Part shown: in pieces, positions 16,665-26,694 of the stretch
How the letters are laid out: each line of letters begins with the position of its first letter
Position numbering within the stretch: position 1 is the stretch's first letter
Origin: a bacterium
GTDB taxonomy: Bacteria > UBA8248
DNA length: 64,000 nucleotides
Direction of reading: 5' to 3'
NCBI GenBank assembly: GCA_965199855.1
Contig: OZ241326.1
Coordinates: forward strand, 1,504,001 to 1,568,000
Translations under genes and position numbers: made by a program
The notes under the pieces: generated by a model
Databases searched by the model: none
What the model was told of the DNA's origin: nothing
What the model saw: only the letters and a program-made list of their open reading frames with translations

Positions 16665-18305
16665 ATGGCCGCGAAAGCCGCGACAGAGAAGAGGAGGCCC
16701 GCGCGAGGCAGGGCCTCGAACCGAATCCGCATATTCGACACCACGCTCCGGGACGGCGAGCAGTCGCCCGGATGCAGCATGGATCGCTTCCAGAAGGCGC
16801 AGATGGCGATCCAGCTCGAGAAGCTGGGCGTGGACGCCATCGAGGCGGGCTTTCCCATCGCCTCGAACGACGAGTTCGAGTCGGTGCGCGACGTGGCGAA
16901 GGCGGTGAAGAAGACCGTCGTCGCCGGCCTCTCGCGCTCGGCGCGCGAGGACATCGACCGCTGCTGGGAGGCGGTGCGCCACGCGAAGAAGCCCCGGATC
17001 CACACCTTCATCGCCACCTCCGACATCCACCTCAAGCACAAGCTCAAGATGACGCGCCCGGCGCTTCTGAAGGAAATCGCCGCCTCGGTGCGCCGCGCGA
17101 GAAAACTCTGCGGCGACGTGGAGTGGAGCGCCGAGGACGCCACGCGCTCGGACTGGGACTTCCTCGCCGAGGCGGTGAAGATCGCGATCGAGGAGGGGGC
17201 GACCACCATCAACCTGCCCGACACGGTGGGCTACATCATCCCCAGCGAGTTCCGCCGCTTCTGGGAGCATATTTTCGAGAAGGTTCCCTCCTACGACGGG
17301 GTGGTCTTCAGCGCGCACTGCCACGACGACCTGGGCCTCGCCGTGGCGAACAGCATCGTTGCGGTGGAGTCCGGCGTGCGGCAGGTGGAGTGCACCATCA
17401 ACGGCATCGGCGAGCGGGCGGGCAACGCCTCGCTCGAGGAGTTCGTGATGGCGCTCGCCACGCGCCGGGACGAGCTGGGCTTCAGGTCGGGCGTCAGGAC
17501 GCGGGAGATCTACCCCTCCAGCAGGCTCCTCACCTCCATGACGGGCGTGCCCGTGCAGCCGAACAAGGCGGTGGTGGGCAAGAACGCCTTCGCCCACGAG
17601 GCGGGCATTCACCAGCACGGGGTGATCTCCAGGGCGATCACCTACGAGATCATGACGCCCAGGTCGGTCGGCAGGCCCTCGAACACCCTCGTGCTCGGCA
17701 AGCACTCCGGGCGCGCGGGCCTCAGGAAGCGCTACGAGCAGCTGGGCTTCAAAATGACGCGCGGGGACATCACGAGCATCTACCCGCGCTTCATCGACCT
17801 CGCCGACAAGAAGAAGGAGGTCTATGACGAGGACTTGCTCGCCCTCCTCCAGGAGAACCGCGCGGCGGGCGGCGAGAGCTACTACCACCTCGAGTTCCTC
17901 CAGGTTACCTCCTCCACCGGCACGCACCCCGCCTCGACGGCCACGGTGAAGCTCCGGGAGGGCGAGAGCGTGCGCTCCGAGGTGGGGCAGGGGAGCGGCC
18001 CCGTGGGGGCGTCCATCAACGCCGTCTGCCGCGCCGCGGGGGTCGAGTGCCGGCTGGTCGATTTTTTCGTGAACGCCGTCACCCGCGGCCGAGACGCCCT
18101 CGCCGAGGTGAACATGACCATCGAGTTCGAGGGCGGCCTCCAGATGGCGGGCCACAGCACGAGCCCCGACACGGTCGAGGCGGCCGCCAAGGCGTTCGTG
18201 AACGCCGTCAACAAGTTCAGGCTGACCGAGAACATGAGAAAGCCCGCGAAGAAGGGGCGCGGGGCGAAGAGCGCCCCCACAGGCGAGCGTCCGCGCGGAA
18301 TCTGA
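16665..18305 (+). CDS. leuA: 2-isopropylmalate synthase
   Basis: DTTLRDGEQSPG, HCHDDLG, GERAGNA, HEAGIHQHG and a C-terminal regulatory domain. Confidence 0.95.
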   Translation: MAAKAATEKRRPARGRASNRIRIFDTTLRDGEQSPGCSMDRFQKAQMAIQLEKLGVDAIEAGFPIASNDEFESVRDVAKAVKKTVVAGLSRSAREDIDRCWEAVRHAKKPRIHTFIATSDIHLKHKLKMTRPALLKEIAASVRRARKLCGDVEWSAEDATRSDWDFLAEAVKIAIEEGATTINLPDTVGYIIPSEFRRFWEHIFEKVPSYDGVVFSAHCHDDLGLAVANSIVAVESGVRQVECTINGIGERAGNASLEEFVMALATRRDELGFRSGVRTREIYPSSRLLTSMTGVPVQPNKAVVGKNAFAHEAGIHQHGVISRAITYEIMTPRSVGRPSNTLVLGKHSGRAGLRKRYEQLGFKMTRGDITSIYPRFIDLADKKKEVYDEDLLALLQENRAAGGESYYHLEFLQVTSSTGTHPASTATVKLREGESVRSEVGQGSGPVGASINAVCRAAGVECRLVDFFVNAVTRGRDALAEVNMTIEFEGGLQMAGHSTSPDTVEAAAKAFVNAVNKFRLTENMRKPAKKGRGAKSAPTGERPRGI

Positions 18306-18422
18306 CGCGGCGCGCCTTCCCCCGGGCGTCCGGCGGGAGGGGCGAGAGGGGGGACCCGGGCGATAGACCGGAAGGCGCTTGGTTCGACATGCGATGAACG
18401 AAGACGGGAGAGGGTTTTCCGA

Positions 18423-19796
18423 ATGACGTATCCGGCCACGCGGGAGCTGGCGGGGAGAATCGCGGCGGCGCGCCCCTCCGACTTCGGCGCGTCCGCGCGG
18501 GCGCGGGCGCGGGACGCCTGCCTCGACACGCTGGGCGTCATTCTGGCGGGCCGGGGCGAGGAATGCGCGCGCCTCGCGCGCGGGCTGGCGGCTTCGGAGG
18601 GCGGCGTCCCGGCCGCGCGCATCATCGGGGAGCGGGAGCGGACGAGCGCCTCCTGGGCCGCCTTCGTGAACGGGGTGGCGGGCCACGCGCTCGACTTCGA
18701 CGACGTGGACTTCGTCATGCTCGGCCACCCGAGCGTAACCCTGGTTCCCGCGCTCATCGCGCTGGCGGAGGAGCGAGGAATCCCCGGCCGGGCGGTTCTC
18801 GAGGCCTACGCGGTGGGCTTCGAGCTTCTCCACGCGCTGGGCCGCGCGCTGAACCCCCCGCACTACCGCCGGGGCTTCCACGCCACGGCCACCCTGGGCG
18901 CGGTGGGCGCCGCGGGCGCCTGCGCGCGCCTGCTCGAACTGGACGAGGAAAGAACCCTGAGCGCCCTGAGCCTGGGGGCGAGCGGGGCGGCGGGGCTGGT
19001 CGCCAACTTCGGCACGATGGCGAAGCCCTTTCACGCCGGCCAGGCCGCGCGCGCGGGGCTCGTCGCCGCGAAGCTCGCCGGGGAGGGCTTCACCGCGGTG
19101 GCCGACGCGCTGGAGACGGGCTTCACGGCGGCCATGGCGGCCGACGGCGCGGGAGCCGGCGCGCATGAATTCGCGGACTGGGCGGGGGCGATCGCGCCCT
19201 GGGGCCCGCCCTGGGACATCGAGGAGGGCGTCTGCGTCAAGGCGCATCCCTGCTGCGCCCTGACGCATCCGGGGATAGACGCCATGCTCGCCCTCGTGGA
19301 GGAGGAGGACGTGCGCGCGGCGGACGTGGAGTCGCTGGGGGCGCGCGCCTCCACCATGACGCTCAAGGTGCTGCGCTACCGGGAGGCGGCCACCCCCCTC
19401 GAGGGGAAATTCTCCATGCCGTTCTGTCTGGCCTCCGCCCTGCTGGATCGCCGGGTGGGGATTCGCCAGTTCGAGGAGGCGAGCGCGCGGCGCCCCGAAA
19501 TCGCCGCGCTTCAGAAGAAGGTCGCCTTCGAGCTGGACGAGACCCTGGCGCGCGAGGACCCCGAAGCGGAGGCGACCGAGGTCTGGCTCAGGCTCAGGGA
19601 CGGGCGCGAGCTCAGCCGCTCCTTCGTCCGCGCGCGCGGCCACGTGGAAAATCCCCTCACGGCGATCGAGCTCGAAGAGAAGTTCCTCGAATGCGCCGCC
19701 CTGCCCGAAGACAGGGGCCGCGCCGCCTGGGACGCCTGGCGCGGGCTGAACGAGGCGACCGACGTCTCCGCCCTCACCGCCACCCTCGCCGCGTAA
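18423..19796 (+). CDS. MmgE/PrpD family protein
   Basis: GHALDFDD..HPS, GFHAT, KPFHAG, KAHPCC and KFS. Confidence 0.9.
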   Translation: MTYPATRELAGRIAAARPSDFGASARARARDACLDTLGVILAGRGEECARLARGLAASEGGVPAARIIGERERTSASWAAFVNGVAGHALDFDDVDFVMLGHPSVTLVPALIALAEERGIPGRAVLEAYAVGFELLHALGRALNPPHYRRGFHATATLGAVGAAGACARLLELDEERTLSALSLGASGAAGLVANFGTMAKPFHAGQAARAGLVAAKLAGEGFTAVADALETGFTAAMAADGAGAGAHEFADWAGAIAPWGPPWDIEEGVCVKAHPCCALTHPGIDAMLALVEEEDVRAADVESLGARASTMTLKVLRYREAATPLEGKFSMPFCLASALLDRRVGIRQFEEASARRPEIAALQKKVAFELDETLAREDPEAEATEVWLRLRDGRELSRSFVRARGHVENPLTAIELEEKFLECAALPEDRGRAAWDAWRGLNEATDVSALTATLAA

Positions 19797-19839
19797 TGCC
19801 CGGGAAGCCGCCGCTTCCCGCGCCGTTCCTTCATTTTTC

Positions 19840-19869
19840 GCAGGGACAACCACAGGGGGTTGTCCCTGC
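19840..19869. repeat. REP-like palindrome (GGGACAACCAC family)
   Basis: GCAGGGACAACC-ACAGGG-GGTTGTCCCTGC, a perfect 12-bp stem. Confidence 0.7.
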
Positions 19870-19897
19870 CGCCGCTCCCCCCCGCAATTCCCCGCGC

Positions 19898-19926
19898 TTG
19901 ACGGGGGAACAGGCGGCCGCTAGCGT
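19898..19926 (+). promoter_or_regulatory. Putative sigma70 promoter of the Dam-family MTase
   Basis: TTGACG, 17 nt, TAGCGT. Confidence 0.5.
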
Positions 19927-19969
19927 GACGCTGCGAGAGACTTCCCCTGCGCCCTGACGGGACTCCCGA

Positions 19970-20932
19970 ATGACGATGAAGCCTCGCAGAGCCTCCGCCG
20001 CCGCGCCGGAGGGGGCGAACCTCCCCGAAGGGGGCGAAATGCGGGCGTCCATCAACGGCAGGCGGATCGTGAGGAACGCGGGCCGCAGACGGAAGAAGAT
20101 GATCGCCTTCGGCTGGTATGGGGGCAAATTCTCGCACCTCGACTTCATCCTGCCGCATCTGCCGGAAGACGCCCTGCACTTTTGCGACGTGTTCGGAGGC
20201 TCGGCGGCGATTCTGATCAACCGCAAGCCCTCTCCGGTGGAAACATACAATGACCTCGATTCGGAACTGGTCAATTTCTTCGAGACGCTGAGGAGCCAGG
20301 GATCGAAGCTCATCAAGGCGATCAGCCTCACGCCGTTCTCGCGCGAGGAACTCGTCCGGGCGTGCCGTTCCGAGCCGGGACTGGGCAGGCTGGAAAGAGC
20401 CCGAAGGTTCTACGTCCGCGCCAGGCAAACGCGCACCGGCCTTGCGCAGACGAGCAGCGAGGGCCGCTGGGCCCATTGCGTGCTGACCTCCCGCGCCGGC
20501 ATGGCGGGCGCCGTTTCGCGCTGGCTGGGCGCCATCGACGGGCTCCCCGAAATCGTGCAGCGTCTTCAGCGGGTGCAGATAGAGAACGTCCCCGCCCTGG
20601 AGCTCATCGAGCGCTACGACACGGAAGACACCCTGTTCTATCTCGACCCCCCGTATGTCCACGAAAGCCGGGGCGATTCCCATGCGTATGGATACGAGAT
20701 GAGCGACGCCGAACACGCCGAGCTCGCCCGGATGCTTCATTCCATTCGGGGCCGCGCCGTCGTGTCGGGATACGGGACGGCGCTTTACGACGGGCTGTTC
20801 GCCGGATGGACGAGAATCGACGCGCCGGCCAAGGCCTGCAACTCGTCGAAGGGGCAGAGGCGCGAATCGCTGTGGCTGAACTTTCAGCCGGGGGAGAGCG
20901 GTGGCGGAAAAGAGAATTTCTCCGGACGCTGA
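19970..20932 (+). CDS. Dam/D12-family DNA adenine methyltransferase (start may be further downstream)
   Basis: FGWYGGK, DVFGGS (motif I), YND and FYLDPPY (motif IV), in alpha order. Confidence 0.92.
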   Translation: MTMKPRRASAAAPEGANLPEGGEMRASINGRRIVRNAGRRRKKMIAFGWYGGKFSHLDFILPHLPEDALHFCDVFGGSAAILINRKPSPVETYNDLDSELVNFFETLRSQGSKLIKAISLTPFSREELVRACRSEPGLGRLERARRFYVRARQTRTGLAQTSSEGRWAHCVLTSRAGMAGAVSRWLGAIDGLPEIVQRLQRVQIENVPALELIERYDTEDTLFYLDPPYVHESRGDSHAYGYEMSDAEHAELARMLHSIRGRAVVSGYGTALYDGLFAGWTRIDAPAKACNSSKGQRRESLWLNFQPGESGGGKENFSGR

Positions 20933-21069
20933 ATCGGCGCGCGAGCGGCTGATTTTCCAGTCCGCCGGTCTTCCGCGTTGTCGTTCTCTTTTCTCATAAC
21001 AGGATGTGTGATAATCTACCCGGAATTGTCTCACCCATCTTAAAAACAGCGAACTTGTCGGGAGCGTAT

Positions 21070-22347
21070 ATGAGTGCTGAGCTAACTATCACATGTCCGC
21101 ACTGCTTCAAAGAAATCAAACTCACGGAGTCTTTGGCGGCGCCTCTCGTTCAAACAGTTCGCGAGGAATCAGAGGCCAAAATCGCCGAGAAAGAAGCGGA
21201 AGTTTCAAAGAGAGAGGACGAAATCCGAGCCCAGAGAAAAGAGATTGAGCGGGAACGGAGCGCGATTGATGAGCAGGTTGAGGAACAGCTGAAAATAGAA
21301 CGAACTGCGATTGCGGAGGCGGAGGCTAAAAAAGCGAAACTCGCAGCCTCGTCTGACTTGGAAGCAAAGACGAAGGAGGTGGAAGCGCTCGAAGAAGTCC
21401 TCAAACAGCGCGACCAAAAATTGGAGCAAGCGCAAAAAGCTGAAGCTGATTTTCTCCGCAAACAGCGCGAGCTCGATGACGCCAAGCGTGAAGTAGACCT
21501 TGAGGTGGAAAAGCGCACCCAAGCCTCTGTTGAGGAGAAGCGGCAGGAAATACAAGAGAAATTCAAGCTCGAGGACATAAAAAAAGAGGAACTGATTGCC
21601 TCGATGAAGCGCCAAATTGAGGAATTGCGGGAAAAAGCAGAACAGGGTTCCCAACAGGCGCAAGGGGAAGCTCTTGAGTTGCTGCTTGAAAAAAGTTTGG
21701 GCGAGAGTTTTCCCATAGATGGCATTGAGCCTGTTCCGAAAGGTGAGTCGGGCGCTGATGTGCTCCAGAAGATATTTGGCCCGATGGGGCAGACTTGCGG
21801 TCATATCCTCTGGGAATCAAAAGATACAAAGCACTGGAACGATGACTGGCTCGCAAAGCTCAAGAGTGATCAGCGCGCGGTCCACGCGGAGATTGCTGTC
21901 ATCGTATCGACCGCATTGCCCAAGGACATGGAGACGTGTGGAAAGAGAGACGGCGTATGGATAACGCAACCGCGCTTCGCCATGCCGCTGGCGGGTTGTC
22001 TTCGCCAAACTCTCATCGAGGTGTCCCATACCCGAAAAGCGCAACAGGGTCAGGAAACGAAAAAGGAGATGGTCTATCGGTATTTGACAGGAACAGGATT
22101 CAAACACCGCGTAGAGGCAATTGTTGAGAAATTTGAAGCTATGCGAGAAGACCTTGATAGAGAACGAAAGACCATGACGCGCCTATGGGCGAAGCGGGAA
22201 AAACAAATACAAGGGGTCATAGAATCAACGGCTGGCATGTATGGGGATCTGCAAGGCATTGCCGGCCGCGAACTTCAAGAAATTGAAAGTTTGGATATTC
22301 CTTTGCTTGAGTCCGGTTCGCCCGATAACGATGATGAGCAAGACTAG
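21070..22347 (+). CDS. DUF2130-like coiled-coil protein with a PD-(D/E)xK-like C-terminal domain
   Basis: N-terminal ITCPHC, a long coiled coil, then GSQQAQGEALE...FP.D.IEPVPKG..GAD...ILWESK.TK.W...W..KLK.DQR; GGAG RBS at 21061; visibly AT-richer than the host genes. Confidence 0.8.
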   Translation: MSAELTITCPHCFKEIKLTESLAAPLVQTVREESEAKIAEKEAEVSKREDEIRAQRKEIERERSAIDEQVEEQLKIERTAIAEAEAKKAKLAASSDLEAKTKEVEALEEVLKQRDQKLEQAQKAEADFLRKQRELDDAKREVDLEVEKRTQASVEEKRQEIQEKFKLEDIKKEELIASMKRQIEELREKAEQGSQQAQGEALELLLEKSLGESFPIDGIEPVPKGESGADVLQKIFGPMGQTCGHILWESKDTKHWNDDWLAKLKSDQRAVHAEIAVIVSTALPKDMETCGKRDGVWITQPRFAMPLAGCLRQTLIEVSHTRKAQQGQETKKEMVYRYLTGTGFKHRVEAIVEKFEAMREDLDRERKTMTRLWAKREKQIQGVIESTAGMYGDLQGIAGRELQEIESLDIPLLESGSPDNDDEQD

Positions 22348-22671
22348 AAAACCCATAATACGATAGCCATGTGTAGAAACATCCCGAATCGGAGGATATT
22401 TATTCGCAAGTGACGAAGAAAATAAAATAAGCAACGCCTTTGTTTTCAACTCTTTTTTTCTGAAATACCCCTAGTCGTTGCGCAGTGAATTTTCCGTATT
22501 TCACACCAATTCAGATTCCCCGCGCGAGCGGGTTCGGCCACCTTTGAGCGAGGCCGCTCCGTCCGCGCCGCCCTCGCTCCCGCCGCCGCATCCCCCTGTG
22601 GCGTCGGGCGAGGGGGCGGCGTATAATGCGAGCCGGTTGCGGCGGGCGGATGGCTCCCTTGCGAGGCGGCG

Positions 22672-23733
22672 ATGGGCGAGCGCGCGGTGGTGGCGATGAG
22701 CGGCGGGGTGGACAGCTCCGTGGCCGCCGCCCTGATGGTGGAGCGGGGCTACGAGACCATCGGGGTGGGGCTGCGCCTCGCCGACAAGCCCGCGCGGGAG
22801 TCGTCCCACCGGGGTTGCTGCGCCCCGCGCGACCTGGCCGACGCGCGCGCGGTGGCCGCCCGGCTGGACATTCCCTTCTACGCCCTGGACGCGCGCGAGG
22901 CCTTCCGCGCGGGCGTGATCGAGAATTTCATCTCCGAATACGGGCGCGGCAGAACGCCCGCGCCGTGCGTGGCGTGCAACCAGACGGTGAAGTTCGACTA
23001 TCTCGCCGGGCGCGCCCGCGCCTTCGGCGCCGGCCTGCTCGCCACCGGCCACTACGCCAGGCGCGTCGAGGCGGAGGGCCGCCTCACCCTCGCCAGAAGC
23101 CGGGACGCGGAGAAGGATCAGACCTACTTCCTCTTCGGCATGACGCAGGCGCAGCTCGCCGGGGCGATTTTCCCCCTGGGTGAGTTCACCAAGGAGGAGA
23201 CGCGCGAATGCGCCCGGAGGCTGGGCCTCCCCACCGCCGAGAAGCCCGAGAGCCAGGAGATATGCTTCGTCCCGGAGGGCGGCTACCGCGCCTTTCTGAG
23301 AGCCGAGCGGCCCGGCATCGACAGGCCGGGAGACATCGTGGACGGCGAGGGCCGCGCGGTGGGCAGGCACGAGGGGGTGGCGGGCTTCACGGTGGGGCAG
23401 AGGCGGGGGCTCGGCCTGGGAGGCGCCGCGCCGCGCTACGTGACGGCCATCCGGGCGGACTCGGCCACCCTCGTGGTGGGCGGGCGCGAGGAGCTCTCGC
23501 GCGAGACCTTCATCGTCAAGGACGCGCGCTGGTCGATTCCCCCCGGCTCGGCGCCCCTGCAGGTGCAGGTGCGGCACCGCGGCCGCGCGGTCGCCTGCGA
23601 GGTGATCCCGCAAGATGGCGGCGCCTTCGAGGTGCGCCCCGAGGCTCCCGCCCGCCTGGGCGCGGTGGCGCCGGGCCAGGCCGCCGTTTTCTACTCTGGC
23701 GACGTCCTGCACGGCGGCGGCTGGGTGGCCTGA
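22672..23733 (+). CDS. mnmA: tRNA 2-thiouridine(34) synthase
   Basis: AMSGGVDSS, PCVACN, ATGHYA, KDQTYFL, SQEICF and GQRRGLG. Confidence 0.95.
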   Translation: MGERAVVAMSGGVDSSVAAALMVERGYETIGVGLRLADKPARESSHRGCCAPRDLADARAVAARLDIPFYALDAREAFRAGVIENFISEYGRGRTPAPCVACNQTVKFDYLAGRARAFGAGLLATGHYARRVEAEGRLTLARSRDAEKDQTYFLFGMTQAQLAGAIFPLGEFTKEETRECARRLGLPTAEKPESQEICFVPEGGYRAFLRAERPGIDRPGDIVDGEGRAVGRHEGVAGFTVGQRRGLGLGGAAPRYVTAIRADSATLVVGGREELSRETFIVKDARWSIPPGSAPLQVQVRHRGRAVACEVIPQDGGAFEVRPEAPARLGAVAPGQAAVFYSGDVLHGGGWVA

Positions 23734-23804
23734 CGCGAGGCGGGCGCATCCGCTCGCGGCGGCGCTCTCCTCCGCGCCTGAAAGTCGGCCCGGTCTCCGC
23801 GCCC

Positions 23805-24149
23805 CTAGCCCGGCGGCCATTCCATGCGGCGGCCGCCCAGCAGGTGAAAGTGAAGATGGAAGACGGTCTGCCCCCCGTTCTCTCCGCAGTTGACGACCAT
23901 GCGGAAGCCTTCTTCCGCCACCCCCTTCTCGCGGGCGATCCCGTTCGCCGCCGTGAAGATGGAGCCGATGAGCTCCCCCTCCGCCTCCCCGACGTCGCGG
24001 AGCGTCGCCACGTGCTTTTTCGGGATGATGAGAACGTGGACGGGCGCCGCCGGGTTCAGGTCCTCGAACGCGAGCAGGTCCGCGTCCTCATAGACTTTTC
24101 GGGCGGGAATCTCGCCCGCTACGATTTTGCAGAAAACGCAGGACTCCAT
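23805..24149 (-). CDS. hinT: Histidine triad (HIT/HinT) nucleotide-binding protein
   Basis: CVFCKI and QTVFHLHFHLLGGR. Confidence 0.92.
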   Translation of the reverse strand: MESCVFCKIVAGEIPARKVYEDADLLAFEDLNPAAPVHVLIIPKKHVATLRDVGEAEGELIGSIFTAANGIAREKGVAEEGFRMVVNCGENGGQTVFHLHFHLLGGRRMEWPPG

Positions 24150-24376
24150 GTCGCCTCCGGGGTAAGGGGAACGAGCGAAGCGCGGGGCGATTCTACGCGC
24201 GGGCGGCGCGCCCTGGCAATCGCGCCCGACTGACGCGCCGCGCGGCCGCGGCCCTTGCGCCGGGGCGGGATGCGCGCTAGTTTTTCGTATGCCCCGAGTC
24301 TGAAGAACGCCCCGCGCCGCCGGGGTTCGAGAACGCGGCGGCCGCGTCCCGACTTTCCGCCCGAGGAGGATGTCGA

Positions 24377-25768
24377 ATGAACATCAGCCGAATGCTCGTC
24401 GAGCACGCGCGCGCCGTCTCGCATGACGCCCTGCCCGAGGAGGCGCGGGATCGCGCCAGGTATTTTCTGCTCGACCACCTGGGCGTCGCGCTGCGGGCGG
24501 TGGAGGCGGCGAGCTCCCGCGTGCTGCACAATTTCGCCAGAAAGCGCGCGCCGAAGGAGGGACCCTGCACCATCATCGGCTCGGACATGCGGACGGACGC
24601 TCCCCACGCGGCGCTCGTGAACGGCGGCGTGAGCCACGCCACGGAAATGGACGACGTGACCACGCGCTCCAGCCTGCATCCGGGCGTCAGCGTCATGCCC
24701 ACCGCGCTCGCGGTCGCCGAGATGCGCCGCTCCGGCCCGAAAGAGGTGATCGCCGCCATCGTGGCGGGCTACGAGACGGCCAACCGCATCGGAAACGCCC
24801 TCAACCCGACGAGCCACTACGAGCGCGGGTTCCACCCCACCGGCACGTGCGGGGCGTTCGCCGCCGCGATCGTAGCCTCGAAGCTTCTGGGGCTCTCGGT
24901 CGAGGCCACGGCCAACGCGATGGGCATCGCGGGCAGCCAGGCGGCGGGCTCGATGCAGTATCTCGACAACGGCGCGTGGACGAAGCGGTTTCACCCGGGG
25001 TGGGCGGCGCACAGCGGCGTCATGGCCGCCTGTCTCGCCCAGGAGGGCTACACGGGGCCGGAGGACATTCTGGGCGGGAAGACGGGGTTTCTGCGCGGCC
25101 ACAGCGACGACTGCGCGCCCGAATGCGTGGTGGAGCGCCTCGGCGAGTATTGGGAGATCTGCGAGACGGCGATAAAGCCCTACGCCTGCTGCCGCTACAA
25201 CCACGCCGCGATTGACGCGGCGATTTCCGTCTGCCGGGCCCACGACATCCAGCCGGAGGAAGTCGAGCGGGTGGAGGTGCGGGTTCCCGAGACGAGCGTG
25301 ATGGTCGTCATCGAACCCTGCGGCGTCAAGACGAACCCCCAGAACATCGTCGACGCGCAGTTCAGCCTGCAATACGCCGTGGCCGTGGCGATTCTCAGGC
25401 GCGCGGCGGGGCTGGACGAGTATGCCGACGATTTTCTCCGCGCCCGGGCGTATTCCTCCCTCATCGGGAAGATCGAGTGCCGGGGCGACGCCGAGATGGA
25501 GAAGGAGTTTCCGGACAAATGGCAGGCGCGCGTGAGAATCGAGACCGCGCGCGGCGCTTTCGAGGCGCATCAGGATCATCCGAAGGGAGACGCGCGGAAT
25601 CCGCTGACGTGGGAGGAGCTGATCGAGCGCTTCCGCGTGATGACGGCCCCCGTGCTGGAGAGGGAGGCCGGCGAGCTGCTCATCGAGCGGGTGCGGAATC
25701 TGGAGAGTCTGGACGGCGTCTCCGGGGTGATGGAGCTCGTCGCCGGGGCGGAGGGGGTCGCCGCCTGA
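24377..25768 (+). CDS. MmgE/PrpD family protein (second paralog)
   Basis: SHATEMDD..HPG, GFHPT, KRFHPG, KPYACCR and QFS. Confidence 0.9.
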   Translation: MNISRMLVEHARAVSHDALPEEARDRARYFLLDHLGVALRAVEAASSRVLHNFARKRAPKEGPCTIIGSDMRTDAPHAALVNGGVSHATEMDDVTTRSSLHPGVSVMPTALAVAEMRRSGPKEVIAAIVAGYETANRIGNALNPTSHYERGFHPTGTCGAFAAAIVASKLLGLSVEATANAMGIAGSQAAGSMQYLDNGAWTKRFHPGWAAHSGVMAACLAQEGYTGPEDILGGKTGFLRGHSDDCAPECVVERLGEYWEICETAIKPYACCRYNHAAIDAAISVCRAHDIQPEEVERVEVRVPETSVMVVIEPCGVKTNPQNIVDAQFSLQYAVAVAILRRAAGLDEYADDFLRARAYSSLIGKIECRGDAEMEKEFPDKWQARVRIETARGAFEAHQDHPKGDARNPLTWEELIERFRVMTAPVLEREAGELLIERVRNLESLDGVSGVMELVAGAEGVAA

Positions 25769-25799
25769 AGGCTTCGTTCGGGAGGAGGGGAGTTTGCGC

Positions 25800-26522
25800 T
25801 CAGGGGGCCGCCTCCGCCGCCTCCCGGTTGAACCGCTGGAAGAGGGAGAGTCCCAAAGCCAGGCGCATCGCCAGACGCTTGAGGAGGTGGGTCGCCATGC
25901 CCTCCTGATACCGCGCGGGATCGCTCGACCCCAGGAGGAGGAAGCCGATTTTCTCCTCCCGGAACTCCAGGGGAACGACGGCGGTCGATTGGATGGCCGC
26001 GCTCGCCGCCTCGGGGAACAGGGGGCCGCCGCCCCCTTCCAGCTTGCCCTTGAGCGCGACGCCCCCCTCCATGGGAACGAGCTCCCGCTCGAGCTTGCCG
26101 AGCGCGCGAATGCGGGAGGATTCCTCCGGCTTCGCCGCCAGCACGGGAACGCCGTCGATGGGTTCGACGAGGAGGAAGCCCGCGTATTCGATTCCGAAGT
26201 TCGCCTCGATGCTCCTGGCGATTTCCGCGAGGCTCGCCGGCGAGGGCGCCCGCTCGAACAGAAGCTGCTCGATTTCGATGAAGTGCTTCTCGATCCGCTC
26301 GTTGCGGCGGACGGTCTCTATCGTTTCGTCGAGGAGGCGCATCAGGCTCTCGCGTTCGCCCTTGAGCCGCTCGAAGAGCTTGTCCCGCAGGCTGAGCACC
26401 TTGGACGAGGCGCTGTCCTGGGCGAGCAGACCGCTCTGGCGAAGCGAGTCCGGATGTTCGATGAAGAAGCCGGGGTTGTCTTCCAGGTAGCGGACGACGT
26501 CCTCCGCCGAAATCGGCGCCAT
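25800..26522 (-). CDS. DUF484 (YigA-like) GAF-fold protein
   Basis: V.RYLEDNPGFF.EHP, VLSL and LLLGS.DP.RY..GMAT..L; start re-assigned to 26522. Confidence 0.8.
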   Translation of the reverse strand: MAPISAEDVVRYLEDNPGFFIEHPDSLRQSGLLAQDSASSKVLSLRDKLFERLKGERESLMRLLDETIETVRRNERIEKHFIEIEQLLFERAPSPASLAEIARSIEANFGIEYAGFLLVEPIDGVPVLAAKPEESSRIRALGKLERELVPMEGGVALKGKLEGGGGPLFPEAASAAIQSTAVVPLEFREEKIGFLLLGSSDPARYQEGMATHLLKRLAMRLALGLSLFQRFNREAAEAAP

Positions 26523-26694
26523 CGCGGGTCTCCTCGGGCGGTGTCGCGGCGGGGCGGGTGGGCGAAAGCGTGCGGCGCGGAGGAGCGTATCACGCCGGGC
26601 GGGGATTGACAAAAACCTTCGGGCGGATGAAAAACATCTCGAAGATTTGGGCGGCGTCTATCGCGCCGGGTCCGGTCCACACAGCGAGGGAATC

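Noticed and set aside
13561-22521. Shared 10-mer CAGATTCCCC at the right edges of two MTase loci (13561 and 22512) as a possible att site
   Set aside because: Too short to exclude chance; no partner copy at the left edges, none at the third MTase locus, and no integrase.
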